From IMG/VR virus record IMGVR_UViG_2524614838_000004, positions 20,261 through 84,260 of that record: a DNA stretch of 64,000 bases, one strand, 5' to 3'. Both the position numbers and the translations under genes were made by a program. This stretch comes from a virus. Taxonomy: Duplodnaviria > Caudoviricetes. The notes under the pieces were generated by a model that saw nothing but the letters and a program-made list of their open reading frames with translations, did not search any database and was not told the origin of the DNA. Shown one piece after another: positions 1 to 10,598 of this stretch. The first letter of the stretch is position 1, and each line of letters starts with the position of its first letter.

Positions 1-42
1 CAAGCCAGAAGATCCGGAACCTGTAGATGATGGTGGAGAGGT

Positions 43-2082
43 ATGGCAGTAGGACAGAAAGTATTCAAACCTGATGAAATCCGAAAAACAATCAACGTAC
101 TAAAGCCAGAGGGTGAATTGTTTGAGGTCCGTTGTCTGGAGGCAAATGGCCGGAAAGTATACAGCGGATACTTTAAATCTCAGGAATCCTTGATTGACCA
201 GCTTTGTAGGCTGAATTCTACAGACAGCAATATTTACATAACCCTGGGAAAGGTAAAAGAAGATTGTTATTCACGGGAGCAGCGAGAAAAGTTCGTCATG
301 AATGCTAAGAATACAACGAATGACAATGATGTTGTGGGGTATAAATGGCTTTTCATAGATGTTGATCCTCAACGGCCGGCCGGTGTATCTAGTTCGGACG
401 AGCAGTTACAGGTGGCAAAGGAACGTGGCAATAAGATTTATGTGTTCATGAGGAATCTTGGATTCAATGATCCGGTAACGGCATTGAGCGGTAACGGTAT
501 TCACCTGCTTTATCGGATACAGATTGCCAATAACGAGGAAAACAAGGCTTTGGTTAAAAAGTGCTTAGCGGCGCTGGATATGTTTTTCAGTGATGATGAA
601 CTGAAAATTGATACCACAAACTTTAATCCTTCCCGTATTTGTAAATTGTATGGGACCATGGCCCGTAAGGGTAGTAACACGGAGCAGAATCCCCACAGGC
701 TAAGCCATCTGCTTTCAGAGGGGAGCAGGGAGCCAACAGATAGGATATACCTGGAAAAGCTAGCTTCAATGATTCCAGAGAAGCAGGAAAAGCCTCAGAA
801 GTATAACAATTACAATCCCAGGGAGTTTGATTTAGAGGAGTGGCTACAACGGTATAATATCCGATACAGAAAAGCCAGCTATAGTGACGGGACTAAATTC
901 ATTCTGGACGAATGTCCTTTTGACAGCAACCATAAAGGGAAAGATGCTTGCATTTTTCAGACTCGGTCCGGAGCCATTGGATTTCATTGCTTTCACAATT
1001 CGTGTTCGGATAAGACATGGCAGGACGTGAGAAAACTATTTGAGCCAGATGCTTATGAGAAGCGGCAGCAGGAGTATGAACGGAAGATCTATTCAAGGCT
1101 GCCAGTTCAGCAAAGGCCAGTTCAGAGTATAGTTCCGGTTCTAGGGAATCCGGTTTTCTTCACAGCGAGGAATATTCTGGATTTGCAGGTACCAGAGGAA
1201 CGGTTTGTTAAAAGCGGAATTGCTGACATTGACAAGAAGCTTAGGGGATTGAAGAAAAGCTATGTTACAGTTATGTCTGGTTTGAGAGCCTCCGGCAAAT
1301 CTAGTGTCATATCTGAAATGGCATTGGATGCTGTAGAATCTGGAAATAATGTCGGTATCTTTTCTGGGGAGCTGGCTCCTAAGAATTTCATGAGGTGGAT
1401 GGACCTGCAGGCAGCCGGAAAAGGGTATACGGAGCCTACGCAGTTTGAAGGATATTACAACGTCTCCAGGAAATATAAAGAGCAAATTGCAGAATGGCTA
1501 GGGCAGCATTTCTACCTGTACAACAACGATTACGGCAATGATTACCGGGCGGTGGCAGAACAATTTGAGAAGGCCATTGAGGAAAAGAAACTGGACTTAC
1601 TGATTTTAGATAATCTAATGGCATTCAATATCCTTTGCTTATCAGATAACAAATTTGAAGCACAGACGGCCTTCATTCTGGATATGCAGCGGATTGCTAA
1701 AAAACATAATGTTCATGTGCTATTCGTGGCACACCCAAGAAAAGCAATGGGATTCCTGCGATTAGATGATATTTCCGGAACTGCGGATCTGGGGAATGCC
1801 GTTGACAATGCTTTAATAGTCCACCGGGTAAACAATGATTTTAAGAGACTTGGCAAGCAGATGTTCGGGTGGAAAGATGATAACCCATTATTCAACGCAA
1901 CCAACGTAATAGAAATCGCAAAGGATCGTGATGGTGGTACACAGGATCATTTTGTACCACTGCATTATGAGCAGGAGACCAAGCGACTGAAGAATTATCC
2001 GGCCGAAAATAAAATCTATGGCTGGAATAAATCAGATGATGGGTTCCTGAATGTGGAGCAGGGCGAGATTCCCTTCGATTGA
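43..2082 (+). CDS. Primase-helicase fusion (AEP-like primase/polymerase, Zn-binding linker, DnaB-like SF4 helicase)
   Basis: FIDVD and SGNGIH primase-type motifs; CPFDSNH...HCFHNSC Zn motif; Walker A SGLRASGKSS; Walker B LILDNLM. Confidence 0.85.
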   Translation: MAVGQKVFKPDEIRKTINVLKPEGELFEVRCLEANGRKVYSGYFKSQESLIDQLCRLNSTDSNIYITLGKVKEDCYSREQREKFVMNAKNTTNDNDVVGYKWLFIDVDPQRPAGVSSSDEQLQVAKERGNKIYVFMRNLGFNDPVTALSGNGIHLLYRIQIANNEENKALVKKCLAALDMFFSDDELKIDTTNFNPSRICKLYGTMARKGSNTEQNPHRLSHLLSEGSREPTDRIYLEKLASMIPEKQEKPQKYNNYNPREFDLEEWLQRYNIRYRKASYSDGTKFILDECPFDSNHKGKDACIFQTRSGAIGFHCFHNSCSDKTWQDVRKLFEPDAYEKRQQEYERKIYSRLPVQQRPVQSIVPVLGNPVFFTARNILDLQVPEERFVKSGIADIDKKLRGLKKSYVTVMSGLRASGKSSVISEMALDAVESGNNVGIFSGELAPKNFMRWMDLQAAGKGYTEPTQFEGYYNVSRKYKEQIAEWLGQHFYLYNNDYGNDYRAVAEQFEKAIEEKKLDLLILDNLMAFNILCLSDNKFEAQTAFILDMQRIAKKHNVHVLFVAHPRKAMGFLRLDDISGTADLGNAVDNALIVHRVNNDFKRLGKQMFGWKDDNPLFNATNVIEIAKDRDGGTQDHFVPLHYEQETKRLKNYPAENKIYGWNKSDDGFLNVEQGEIPFD

Positions 2083-2098
2083 GAGGAGAAAGGGTGAT

Positions 2099-2524
2099 TT
2101 GAATACTTACGTAATTACTTTGTCAGGATATGATATGCCGGCAACTGCTTACGGTGAAACACCGGGAAAAGCTAAGTATAATTTTTTCTTAGAAATGGGA
2201 GATTTTTTTGACAGTTTTGCAGAGTTTTTACGATTTGTAAAAAGTATAAGACTGGTCCATAAATTCAGACCATGTGATTTGTTTGGTGACGTTGAACAAT
2301 TTGAGCAAATGAAAGAATACCGTAATATCACGTTTGCGTTCATGGGAATGAAGGTGATTTTGAAATCCAAAAGCAGAGGAAATATTAAAGGAACCATTGT
2401 TGGTTCAAATGACAGTATGAACCTGGATATATGTTTTGATGGAACCTGTCACAAAGAGAATTGTCACCCACATTATGAATTGATTTATTTAGATAATAGT
2501 GGAAACATTATAGCCGAATTTTAA
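2099..2524 (+). CDS. Hypothetical phage protein
   Basis: Long ORF; TTG start after AAAGGGTGA RBS. Confidence 0.6.
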   Translation: MNTYVITLSGYDMPATAYGETPGKAKYNFFLEMGDFFDSFAEFLRFVKSIRLVHKFRPCDLFGDVEQFEQMKEYRNITFAFMGMKVILKSKSRGNIKGTIVGSNDSMNLDICFDGTCHKENCHPHYELIYLDNSGNIIAEF

Positions 2525-2561
2525 TCGAGAATTAAAAATCAGGATAGAGAGGAGTAAAGGT

Positions 2562-2765
2562 ATGACAGAATATTTAGCGGAAAGAACCCTTGCAAATATG
2601 AGATTTGGCTTGTCCATAACAAAGCCGGGAATAAATGCTGTGAAAGAGAAGATGGCCCTTGAAATGGCTATAAGTGCTTTGCAAAAACAGATTCAGGCTC
2701 AGCCAGTAAATGATGGTGCATTCGGGAAATGCCCGGATTGCGGGAAGAAGATTCAAAATTGTTAA
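2562..2765 (+). CDS. Hypothetical protein with C-terminal CxxC
   Basis: RBS GAGGAG; KCPDCG motif. Confidence 0.55.
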   Translation: MTEYLAERTLANMRFGLSITKPGINAVKEKMALEMAISALQKQIQAQPVNDGAFGKCPDCGKKIQNC

Positions 2766-2790
2766 ATTAATATTTTAAGGAGGAACGCAT

Positions 2791-2955
2791 ATGGAAGCTG
2801 ATGAAAAGGTTGTTATAACAAAAGAACAATTAAGAGTATTGAGAGACGGCCTGTGTGTGTGGAATACAATTGTACTAAACAGTTTAACCGAGAGAGGGCG
2901 AACAAAATTGTACGATGCGCAGGACCTAGTGGAAAGGCTGTGGAACAACAAATAG
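2791..2955 (+). CDS. Small hypothetical protein, 54 aa (MEADEKVVITKEQL...)
   Basis: AGGAGG RBS; translated by hand; below the ORF-track cutoff. Confidence 0.55.
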   Translation: MEADEKVVITKEQLRVLRDGLCVWNTIVLNSLTERGRTKLYDAQDLVERLWNNK

Positions 2956-2971
2956 TAGGGAGGAGTGTAAA

Positions 2972-3889
2972 ATGCTTTTCTATGAATATTTTAAAAGTTG
3001 GTTCGAAGCATACAAAGCCGGAACGGTGGCAGAAGTGACATTGTCAAAGTACCGGATGACATATATGCGGCTGAAAGAACTGGCGCCTACACTGGATTTA
3101 AAAGTAATAGGGCGCAGGGAGTATCAGCAATTAATAAATGACTATGCGCTTACGCATGAAAAGCAGACAGTCATGGACTTTCATCGTCAGCTGAAAGCGT
3201 GTCTCCTGGACGCTTACGACGAAAAGTTAATAGAGCGGGACCCTACGCGGAAAGTAGCAATCCGGGGGAAAATGCCGGCAGAAAAGAAAATGAAATATCT
3301 CAACAGAGATGAACTGGAAAAACTGCTGAATGTGTTGCCGCTTCATCCTGATCGGGTCGGATTCGATTGGCTTATATTGCTTCTGGCTAAAACGGGACTA
3401 AGGTTTGCGGAGGGGTTAGCATTAACGCCGAATGATTTTGACTTTGCCAATAAAAAGATAAGGGTAAACAAAACCTGGAATTATAAATCTGCAAATGGAA
3501 GATTCATGCCTACCAAAAATCAATCCTCTGTAAGGGAGGTAACAATAGATTGCGGTTTGGCAGAACAGTTTGAGCAGTTGATCAAAGGATTTCCGGCAGA
3601 TGAACCGTTTTTCTTTGATAAGGCAGACCGGATATTTAATTCTACCTTGAATAATTATCTGGAAAGATATTGCAGAGAGGCAGGCGTGCCGGTGATATCC
3701 GCACATTGTTTAAGACATACACACGCTTCCGTCCTGCTTGCTGCCGGTGTGTCAATTCCGAGCGTTTCTAAAAGATTAGGACATTCGAACGTCACTACAA
3801 CGCAGGATACATATATCCACATCATACGGGAGCTGGAGGAAAAAGATAAGAATAAAGCAATGGACTGCATGTCCAGTTTGTGCGGATAG
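2972..3889 (+). CDS. Tyrosine recombinase/integrase
   Basis: TGLRFAE, HCLRHTHAS, LGHSN and TQDTY catalytic motifs. Confidence 0.9.
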   Translation: MLFYEYFKSWFEAYKAGTVAEVTLSKYRMTYMRLKELAPTLDLKVIGRREYQQLINDYALTHEKQTVMDFHRQLKACLLDAYDEKLIERDPTRKVAIRGKMPAEKKMKYLNRDELEKLLNVLPLHPDRVGFDWLILLLAKTGLRFAEGLALTPNDFDFANKKIRVNKTWNYKSANGRFMPTKNQSSVREVTIDCGLAEQFEQLIKGFPADEPFFFDKADRIFNSTLNNYLERYCREAGVPVISAHCLRHTHASVLLAAGVSIPSVSKRLGHSNVTTTQDTYIHIIRELEEKDKNKAMDCMSSLCG

Positions 3890-3900
3890 GAGGTGGCGGA

Positions 3901-4401
3901 ATGTCGCGTGATGTTTGGGGGACTTATGTTTCTCCTGATGATTACATAAATGCCGCAAAATCGGGAATATGCAGGCAGACGGTTAATTCCAGGATTGCAA
4001 TGGGGTGGAAAGCAAAAGATGCCATTTCTGCCCCTGTAATGGCAACGAGTGAAGAATACAAGATATATAAGCAATTAGCAGAAAAGAATGGGATTGGTGC
4101 AAATACCTACAAGCGGAGAACACAAAGAGGCTGGACGCTGGAGGCCGCAGCAGTTACACCACTGGTCAGCAGAGCGGAAAGCATTGAAAGAACCAGAAAG
4201 ACGAGGCAAAGGGTAATCCCCAAAGACTTGGTAATTCAAGCAGAAAGTAACGGGATATGTTACCACACTCTATACAGCCGCCTGCAGATGGGGATTCCAG
4301 CGGATCAGGCTGCAACAAAACCAGTGGTTACTGCCAAAGACCACCCATGGAGGAAAGCCGAAACTGATAGAATAAACTTAATAATGCAAAAGCAATGCTA
4401 A
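3901..4401 (+). CDS. Protein with three tandem HTH-like repeats (putative DNA-binding regulator)
   Basis: Repeated GI..T...R...G(W/I)....A...P units; RBS GGAGGTG. Confidence 0.6.
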   Translation: MSRDVWGTYVSPDDYINAAKSGICRQTVNSRIAMGWKAKDAISAPVMATSEEYKIYKQLAEKNGIGANTYKRRTQRGWTLEAAAVTPLVSRAESIERTRKTRQRVIPKDLVIQAESNGICYHTLYSRLQMGIPADQAATKPVVTAKDHPWRKAETDRINLIMQKQC

Positions 4402-4449
4402 TAAATAAAGAAAATTGGGATATCCGGCTGAGCCGGAGGAAGGGGGAAC

Positions 4450-4629
4450 ATGGAAAATAATAAAGTTACTGTCCGTTGGTGGGATGGTTATATGGAGGAT
4501 TTTGAAGCTACAGAGGTGAGATTTGGGAGTGATTTATTATTCCTTCGCTTGACAGATGGAAAGAACAGACAAATACCGTTACGTGGTGTAAGGTGGTTCG
4601 GAATGAGCCAGGAAAGTCACCAAAACTGA
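4450..4629 (+). CDS. Small hypothetical protein, 59 aa (MENNKVTVRWWDG...)
   Basis: RBS AGGGGG; translated by hand. Confidence 0.6.
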   Translation: MENNKVTVRWWDGYMEDFEATEVRFGSDLLFLRLTDGKNRQIPLRGVRWFGMSQESHQN

Positions 4630-4646
4630 AATTTGATTTATAAAAA

Positions 4647-4694
4647 GAAAGGAGCCGGAACCTTTCCGGAAAACAGGCGCGCCGGGTTCCTTTC
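4647..4694 (+). promoter_or_regulatory. Structured leader copy 1 (GAAAGGA...TCCTTTC) before the helicase-methyltransferase gene
   Basis: Outer stem pairs the SD-like AAAGGAG; inner TTTCCGGAAA hairpin and GGCGCGCC palindrome; ATG follows after a 6-nt gap. Confidence 0.55.
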
Positions 4695-4700
4695 GAAAAA

Positions 4701-7208
4701 ATGGATTATTTAAAGTTTTTGAAATCCAAGATTGAGATTGCAACAGATACGGGTTTTACAGTAGATCGTAGCAGTATCAACAAGGCATTGAAATTTCATC
4801 AGAGTGACGCAGTTGCATGGGCTCTGAAGGGCGGTTGTCGGGCATTATTTGAAAGTTTCGGATTGGGAAAAACTGTTCAGGAAATAGAATTCTGTTATCA
4901 GGTTATAAGAAAGTTTGGCGGCAAAGCCCTTATTGTTTGTCCATTAGGTGTTAAGCAAGAATTCATAAGGGATGCTCAAAATATTCTCGGTTATGAAAAG
5001 CCAGTATATGTTAGGACTATGAAAGAAGTTGAAGCTGCAGGTGCCGGTATTCTGATTACAAATTATGAACGTGTTCGTGATGGAGATATTGATCCAAGCT
5101 ACTTTACGGCAACGTCTCTTGATGAAGCCAGCGTCCTCCGGAGCTTTGGAAGTAAGACTTATCAAACCTTTTTGGACAAGTTCAAAGAGGTTCCGTATAA
5201 ATTGGTAGCCACGGCTACGCCTAGCCCGAACAAATACAAAGAACTGATACACTACGCAGGATATTTGGGAGTTATGGATACCGGGCAGGCTTTGACAAGG
5301 TTCTTTCAGCGGGATTCTACAAAGGCCAATAATTTAACCCTATACCCGAACATGGAAGATGAGTTCTGGTTATGGGTGAGCAGCTGGGCATTATTTATTA
5401 CAAAGCCTTCTGATGTAAATCCAGATTATTCAGATGCTGGATATATTCTTCCACCTTTAGATGTAAGGTGGCATGAACTTCCTATAAATTACGGAGACAC
5501 AGCAGATAGAGATGGCCAGTTCCAGTTATTTAACGAAGCGGCGGCCGGCCTGAAAGAAGCAGCGCAGGTAAAGCGTGAGAGTATTGATGTTAGAACGGAG
5601 AAGATGAAAGAGATTCTTGAATCTGATCCGGAGGCTCATTTTATTATATGGCATGACCTGGAAGCGGAGAGACTTGCAATTAAGAAAGCGGTACCTGGAG
5701 TTGTTGATATTTATGGTTCCCAGGATTATGAAACCAGGGAACAAAGGGTTATAGACTTTTCAGAGGGCAGTTGCCAGTATTTCGCAACAAAAAAAGAGTT
5801 ATCAGGATCTGGTTGCAATTTCCAGAAACATTGTCACAGAGAAATATTTCTGGGGATCGATTATGAATTTAATGACTTTATCCAGGCTATTCACAGATGT
5901 TTCCGTTTCCTCCAGGATAAGTCGGTAATTATTGATATTATCTACATGGAAAATGAGAGAGAAATAAAAGACGTATTGCTGGAAAAGTGGAAGAATCACA
6001 ATCACATGGTTGAAAAAATGATTGAGATTGTGAGAAAGTATGGATTGTCAGCAGCAGGGAAAGAAAAACGCTTGGAGCGGAAGATGGGAGTTGAAACAGT
6101 GAAGGTCAAAGGGAAGAAGTATACGGCAGTTTACGATGATTGCGTAGAAGAAACAAGGCGTATGGAAAGTAACAGTGTTGGCCTGATTCATACATCAATA
6201 CCTTTCGGAAACCATTACGAATATTCGGCCAATTATAATGATTTCGGGCATAATCAAGATACAGAAAGATTCTTTGAGCAGATGGATTTCCTTACACCGG
6301 AACTTTTTAGAATGCTGCAACCTGGACGAGTGGCCGCTATTCATGTTAAGGACCGTGTGCTTTTCGGAAATGCAACAGGGACCGGAATGCCAACTGTAGA
6401 GCCGTTTCATTCACTTTGTATTAGCCATTATATGAAACATGGCTTTCAGTATTTTGGCATGATTACGATTGTTACAGACGTGGTGAGGGAAAACAATCAA
6501 ACATACCGGCTTGGGTGGACCGAGCAATGCAAAGACGGTTCTAAAATGGGAGCAGGTTGTCCAGAATATATTTTACTCTTTAGAAAACTACCTACTGACA
6601 GATCAACAGCTTATGCAGATGTCCCTGTTCATAAGACCAAAGAAGAATATACCAGGGCGCAATGGCAGATAGACGCTCACGGATTTTGGAGATCTTCAGG
6701 TGACCGCCTTATTAGAAAAGAGGAATTAGAAAATGTTTCAGTAAAGAATCTTCAGGCTATTTATCGAAAATATAGCAGGGACCATGTTTATGATTATAAA
6801 GAGCATGTAGAGCTGGCTAAGAAACTTGATACGGAAGGTAAACTCCCAGCTACATTTATGGTGGTTGCGCCGGGAAGCTGGACATGGGAAGTATGGGACG
6901 ATATTAACCGTATGCGCACCTTAAATACTACACAGAGCCGGAGAAGAGCACAGCTCCATGTATGCCCTTTACAGCTGGATATTGCAGAACGAATTATTAA
7001 CAGATATTCCAACGAAGGCGACCTTGTAGCGGATCCGTTTGCGGGCCTTATGACGGTTCCTATGACTGCTATTAAAATGGGTCGGAGAGGATATGGAATC
7101 GAATTAAATCCGGATTATTTCAGAGATGGCGTTGGATACCTGCAGGCGGCAGAGGACAATATAGATACACCTACATTGTTTGACTTTATGCCAGAAATAA
7201 TTAGTTAA
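4701..7208 (+). CDS. SNF2-like helicase fused to an N4/N6 DNA methyltransferase
   Basis: GLGKT and LDEAS helicase motifs; TSIPF and DPFAGLMT methyltransferase motifs. Confidence 0.85.
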   Translation: MDYLKFLKSKIEIATDTGFTVDRSSINKALKFHQSDAVAWALKGGCRALFESFGLGKTVQEIEFCYQVIRKFGGKALIVCPLGVKQEFIRDAQNILGYEKPVYVRTMKEVEAAGAGILITNYERVRDGDIDPSYFTATSLDEASVLRSFGSKTYQTFLDKFKEVPYKLVATATPSPNKYKELIHYAGYLGVMDTGQALTRFFQRDSTKANNLTLYPNMEDEFWLWVSSWALFITKPSDVNPDYSDAGYILPPLDVRWHELPINYGDTADRDGQFQLFNEAAAGLKEAAQVKRESIDVRTEKMKEILESDPEAHFIIWHDLEAERLAIKKAVPGVVDIYGSQDYETREQRVIDFSEGSCQYFATKKELSGSGCNFQKHCHREIFLGIDYEFNDFIQAIHRCFRFLQDKSVIIDIIYMENEREIKDVLLEKWKNHNHMVEKMIEIVRKYGLSAAGKEKRLERKMGVETVKVKGKKYTAVYDDCVEETRRMESNSVGLIHTSIPFGNHYEYSANYNDFGHNQDTERFFEQMDFLTPELFRMLQPGRVAAIHVKDRVLFGNATGTGMPTVEPFHSLCISHYMKHGFQYFGMITIVTDVVRENNQTYRLGWTEQCKDGSKMGAGCPEYILLFRKLPTDRSTAYADVPVHKTKEEYTRAQWQIDAHGFWRSSGDRLIRKEELENVSVKNLQAIYRKYSRDHVYDYKEHVELAKKLDTEGKLPATFMVVAPGSWTWEVWDDINRMRTLNTTQSRRRAQLHVCPLQLDIAERIINRYSNEGDLVADPFAGLMTVPMTAIKMGRRGYGIELNPDYFRDGVGYLQAAEDNIDTPTLFDFMPEIIS

Positions 7209-7272
7209 AATATTATCCAATATTGAATAATATCCGTATGTGAAGTATAATAAATCAAAATGATGAAGGAGT

Positions 7273-7404
7273 ATGAAAGGAGACAGAAATTTGAAGAATT
7301 GGGTTAAATGGGTGAACGTAGCAGCTGTAGTTTCTATTGGAATTTGTATTACTAAGAATCTTAATTGCTTATGGGCGTTTTTCATTCCGGTTTTCTGTGA
7401 ATAA
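7273..7404 (+). CDS. Small membrane protein, 43 aa
   Basis: RBS GAAGGAG; hydrophobic stretch; upstream TTGAAT...TATAAT promoter-like sequence. Confidence 0.5.
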   Translation: MKGDRNLKNWVKWVNVAAVVSIGICITKNLNCLWAFFIPVFCE

Positions 7405-7420
7405 CGGAGGTATACCGGCT

Positions 7421-7576
7421 ATGAGATATAACTTACATATGTTTTTACGAAAGACAATAATGCGGTGGACCAGGAAGAACTGCGGTACCTGCAAGCATTA
7501 TGACGGAAGATTTGGTGATGAGACCTGCTTTACCTGTGAGCGGAGTATAAAGGCGGTGGGATATGAACGAAGGTGA
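7421..7576 (+). CDS. Small Cys-rich hypothetical protein
   Basis: RBS GGAGG; CGTC...CFTC. Confidence 0.5.
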   Translation: MRYNLHMFLRKTIMRWTRKNCGTCKHYDGRFGDETCFTCERSIKAVGYERR

Positions 7577-7982
7577 ACTTAGGAAATACTGGTCCGCTTA
7601 TACGGACGCTTGGAAACTTATGAAGAATCGTCAGATGGTAAGACCGGAGCATGTAGCACAAATGATAAAGAAGCATGAGAATCCTGTCATGAGTAGGCTG
7701 TTCTGCCTGGTGGTCTGGCAAGAAATAAAAAGGATTAAAGCTGGGGGCACTTCTCTTCTGGATAAGCAGTACGAAGAATGCCTTACCGGAGCATGGAAAC
7801 TGTTTAAGAAGTACAGCGAACCGAATGATACAGATGAATACTGGAATGGTCTTGTTGACATGATTGGAGCCATGTCCAAAGAATATAGCAATTGTAGTTT
7901 TATAAGCAATCTCCTGGTCCATGTTACGCTGGAAGAACTTGAGCGGATTTGGAGAGCCAGTAAGAAAGTAGGTGAAAAATGA
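7563..7982 (+). CDS. Hypothetical protein with an internal duplication
   Basis: TDAWKLMK and TGAWKLFK repeats; overlaps both neighbours. Confidence 0.65.
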   Translation: MNEGELRKYWSAYTDAWKLMKNRQMVRPEHVAQMIKKHENPVMSRLFCLVVWQEIKRIKAGGTSLLDKQYEECLTGAWKLFKKYSEPNDTDEYWNGLVDMIGAMSKEYSNCSFISNLLVHVTLEELERIWRASKKVGEK

Positions 7983-8365
7983 AATTACAGGCCACAGAAC
8001 ATAGTTATTATTGTAGCGAAAGCAATCATTATGTCGGCAATCAGCATGGTGAAAATTTCGGAAGATGCGAATATGATACGTGGGCAGATTTTCAAGAAGA
8101 ATGGCTTGATTCAGACGGCGTAAGCATTGATATTGACTACAATCTATGTTTTCGCTTTGATATTGAGCAGAAACACAATCCAGATACAGATGAGCCGATA
8201 GCTGAATTTGAGCTTTGGTTATTCTTTATGCTACAAAGAAAAGGGATTTATCGCCCGGTATGGATTAAGCATATTGATGAAAAGGACATGCCTGGAATAA
8301 AAGGCTTTTTGGAAAAACAATGGCACTACATACAGTACCAATGGAACGAGTTGATTGAAAAATAA
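7979..8365 (+). CDS. Hypothetical phage protein
   Basis: ATGA overlap with the upstream gene. Confidence 0.65.
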   Translation: MKLQATEHSYYCSESNHYVGNQHGENFGRCEYDTWADFQEEWLDSDGVSIDIDYNLCFRFDIEQKHNPDTDEPIAEFELWLFFMLQRKGIYRPVWIKHIDEKDMPGIKGFLEKQWHYIQYQWNELIEK

Positions 8366-8366
8366 T

Positions 8367-8411
8367 GAAAGGAACCGTTCCCCGGCCGGGAGAGTGTACA
8401 CGGAACCTTTT
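8367..8411 (+). promoter_or_regulatory. Structured leader copy 2 before the C5 methyltransferase gene
   Basis: AAAGG/CCTTT and CCGT/ACGG outer stem; CCCGGCCGGG hairpin; TGTACA palindrome. Confidence 0.55.
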
Positions 8412-8417
8412 TGAAAA

Positions 8418-9806
8418 ATGAAAGATGTAATTATAGACTACTTCTGCGGTGGTGGAGGTGTAAGTGTTGGTGGACAGATGGCCTGGGGGCGTAGCTTCGA
8501 TTTTGCAATTAATCATAGTCCTTCAGCCATATCAATGCACAAATACAATCACCCGTATACGCACCATTTTCCAGAAGATATCATGAGAGTAAAAATTGGA
8601 AAATTTCTTTCATGGGGGCAGAGAGTTAGCTTTGTTTGGGCAAGTCCAGACTGTACCTCGCATTCGAATGCAAAAGGAGATAAGCCCATAGAAAGAGGAT
8701 TGCGAATACTTCCAATGGGTGTCTGGAAGCAATGCAAACTGATTTTAAAAGCAACAGGGAAAGTTCCAGAAGTTATTATGATGGAAAACGTTAAAGAAAT
8801 CCAGAAATGGGGACCTCTAGATAAGAACGGTAAGCCCATTAAGGCCCGTGAAAGTGAGTATTACAATAAATTTATTCGCCTTATGAAAGCTTTTGGGTAT
8901 GAGTTTGAATGCAGGGTTTTAAATTCTGCTGATTATGGAGCGCATACAGCCAGGGTGCGCTGGTATGGACAATTTAGGTGTGATGGTAGGCCGATTGTTT
9001 GGCCGGAGCAGACACATTCTAAAGGTGGTGTAAATGGCCTAAAGCCTTGGGAGCCGATTAGTCAGGATATTGATTTTACGGATTTAGGCAACCCTATATT
9101 TACTAGGAAACGGCCTTTGAAAGATAAGACACTGAGCCGTATCGCAGCCGGGATTAAAAAGTTTGTAATTGATGATCAGAACCGGTTTATTCTTCCGGAC
9201 AAAGTGGCGGCGCCGTTTTTAATACAATATCATTCCGAAACAGTAAAGGGAGAGGTCCGGGGCCAGAGTTTAAAGGAGCCAATACAGACTATTGATACTG
9301 CAAACCGTTATGCTCTTGTAACCTGTTTCCTATCGAAGTTTTATAAGACAGGAACGGGCCAGACAATAAATGAGCCAATCCATACGATAACCACCTCTCC
9401 TGGGCATTTTGCTTTGGTGTCAGCTTTCTTGATTAAATATTACAGCGGAGACATCGGCCAGAGTTTAAACGAGCCAATCCATACGATTGTCACAAAGGAC
9501 CGGTTTGGTCTTGTCCTTGTGGTAATAGATGGAGTAACATACCAAATCATAGATATATGGTTCCGAATGTTGAAGCCTGAAGAACTGAAATTGGGACAGG
9601 GATTTCCAAAGGATTATATCATTGATTTTAAAATGCCGAATGGTAAGCCTTATCCTAAAACAATGCAGGTTGAGAAAATCGGAAACAGCGTTGTCCCCCT
9701 GATGGCAGAGAAGCTTTGTTATACAGCTTGCCCTTATCTAAAGGTGGGGGAACGAATGCCGAACATGAGGATTGATGATAGCCAGGAGCAGCTTAGGTTT
9801 GCTTAA
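8418..9806 (+). CDS. DNA cytosine-5 methyltransferase
   Basis: DYFCGGGG (motif I), SPDC (IV), MENV (VI), GNSV (X); repeated EPIxTI target-recognition segments. Confidence 0.9.
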   Translation: MKDVIIDYFCGGGGVSVGGQMAWGRSFDFAINHSPSAISMHKYNHPYTHHFPEDIMRVKIGKFLSWGQRVSFVWASPDCTSHSNAKGDKPIERGLRILPMGVWKQCKLILKATGKVPEVIMMENVKEIQKWGPLDKNGKPIKARESEYYNKFIRLMKAFGYEFECRVLNSADYGAHTARVRWYGQFRCDGRPIVWPEQTHSKGGVNGLKPWEPISQDIDFTDLGNPIFTRKRPLKDKTLSRIAAGIKKFVIDDQNRFILPDKVAAPFLIQYHSETVKGEVRGQSLKEPIQTIDTANRYALVTCFLSKFYKTGTGQTINEPIHTITTSPGHFALVSAFLIKYYSGDIGQSLNEPIHTIVTKDRFGLVLVVIDGVTYQIIDIWFRMLKPEELKLGQGFPKDYIIDFKMPNGKPYPKTMQVEKIGNSVVPLMAEKLCYTACPYLKVGERMPNMRIDDSQEQLRFA

Positions 9807-9836
9807 TATGATTGAAGAATATCAGGAGGTTGAGAC

Positions 9837-10064
9837 ATGAAATATAAATGTATAAAGCAAATGTGCTTAGAAAAGGTAGATGGGGACGGCTTCAGCATTC
9901 CGAATGAATACGGAATTGTGCCGGTAGGTTCTATCTGGCATGAAGATAAATCAAGCATTATTGGTGGTGAAATTCATCTGGAATGCGCAAGCGGAGCAGA
10001 GGATTTGGGCTGGATAGAAATTTCTAAAAAGGATTTGGAGGAGTTTTTTGAATTAATAAGCTAA
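9837..10064 (+). CDS. Hypothetical protein
   Basis: RBS AGGAGG. Confidence 0.6.
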   Translation: MKYKCIKQMCLEKVDGDGFSIPNEYGIVPVGSIWHEDKSSIIGGEIHLECASGAEDLGWIEISKKDLEEFFELIS

Positions 10065-10084
10065 GGCTTTTGAAGAGGTGAGCT

Positions 10085-10561
10085 ATGAGCAGTAGGCCAG
10101 AGGTTACAAAATTTTTATCATTGTCTATCCAGAAGCACATAAACCCCAATAATGACCCAAGAATTTACTGGGCGGCAGAAGTGACATTTGACTATGCCAC
10201 CAGTAATGCGGTCCGGGTCGATTATATGAAATTTAAACCAGTAAACAATACGGTATCTGGTATTGAAAAGGGGGACTTCTACTGCTTTGAAGTGAAGTCC
10301 TCGGTGGAAGATTTTCATTCAAAGAACGGACATAATTTCTTGGGCGATTTCAATTATTATGTCATGCCTGAGGAAGTATACGAAAAAGTGAAGAATGAAA
10401 TACCGTACAGAATCGGGGTATATGTTCCTGATGGAAAGAATTATCAGGGCGATTGGTATGATTTAAAATCTGTCAAGAAAGCCGTGAGGAAAGACAGGGA
10501 CAGATCGGTACCAGAAATGTTGCTAATGATGTTTCGGTCAGCAACAAGGAGAAGTGTCTAA
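10085..10561 (+). CDS. PD-(D/E)XK nuclease-fold protein (MmcB-like)
   Basis: EV...RVDY...FEVK nuclease motif. Confidence 0.6.
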   Translation: MSSRPEVTKFLSLSIQKHINPNNDPRIYWAAEVTFDYATSNAVRVDYMKFKPVNNTVSGIEKGDFYCFEVKSSVEDFHSKNGHNFLGDFNYYVMPEEVYEKVKNEIPYRIGVYVPDGKNYQGDWYDLKSVKKAVRKDRDRSVPEMLLMMFRSATRRSV

Positions 10562-10598
10562 TCTGGAATTCTCTTAGCAGTGGAAGAAAGGAAGCATT

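Noticed and set aside
2972-3889. Integrase marking a prophage end
   Set aside because: It is embedded in the replication operon with phage genes on both sides and no att-like repeat nearby
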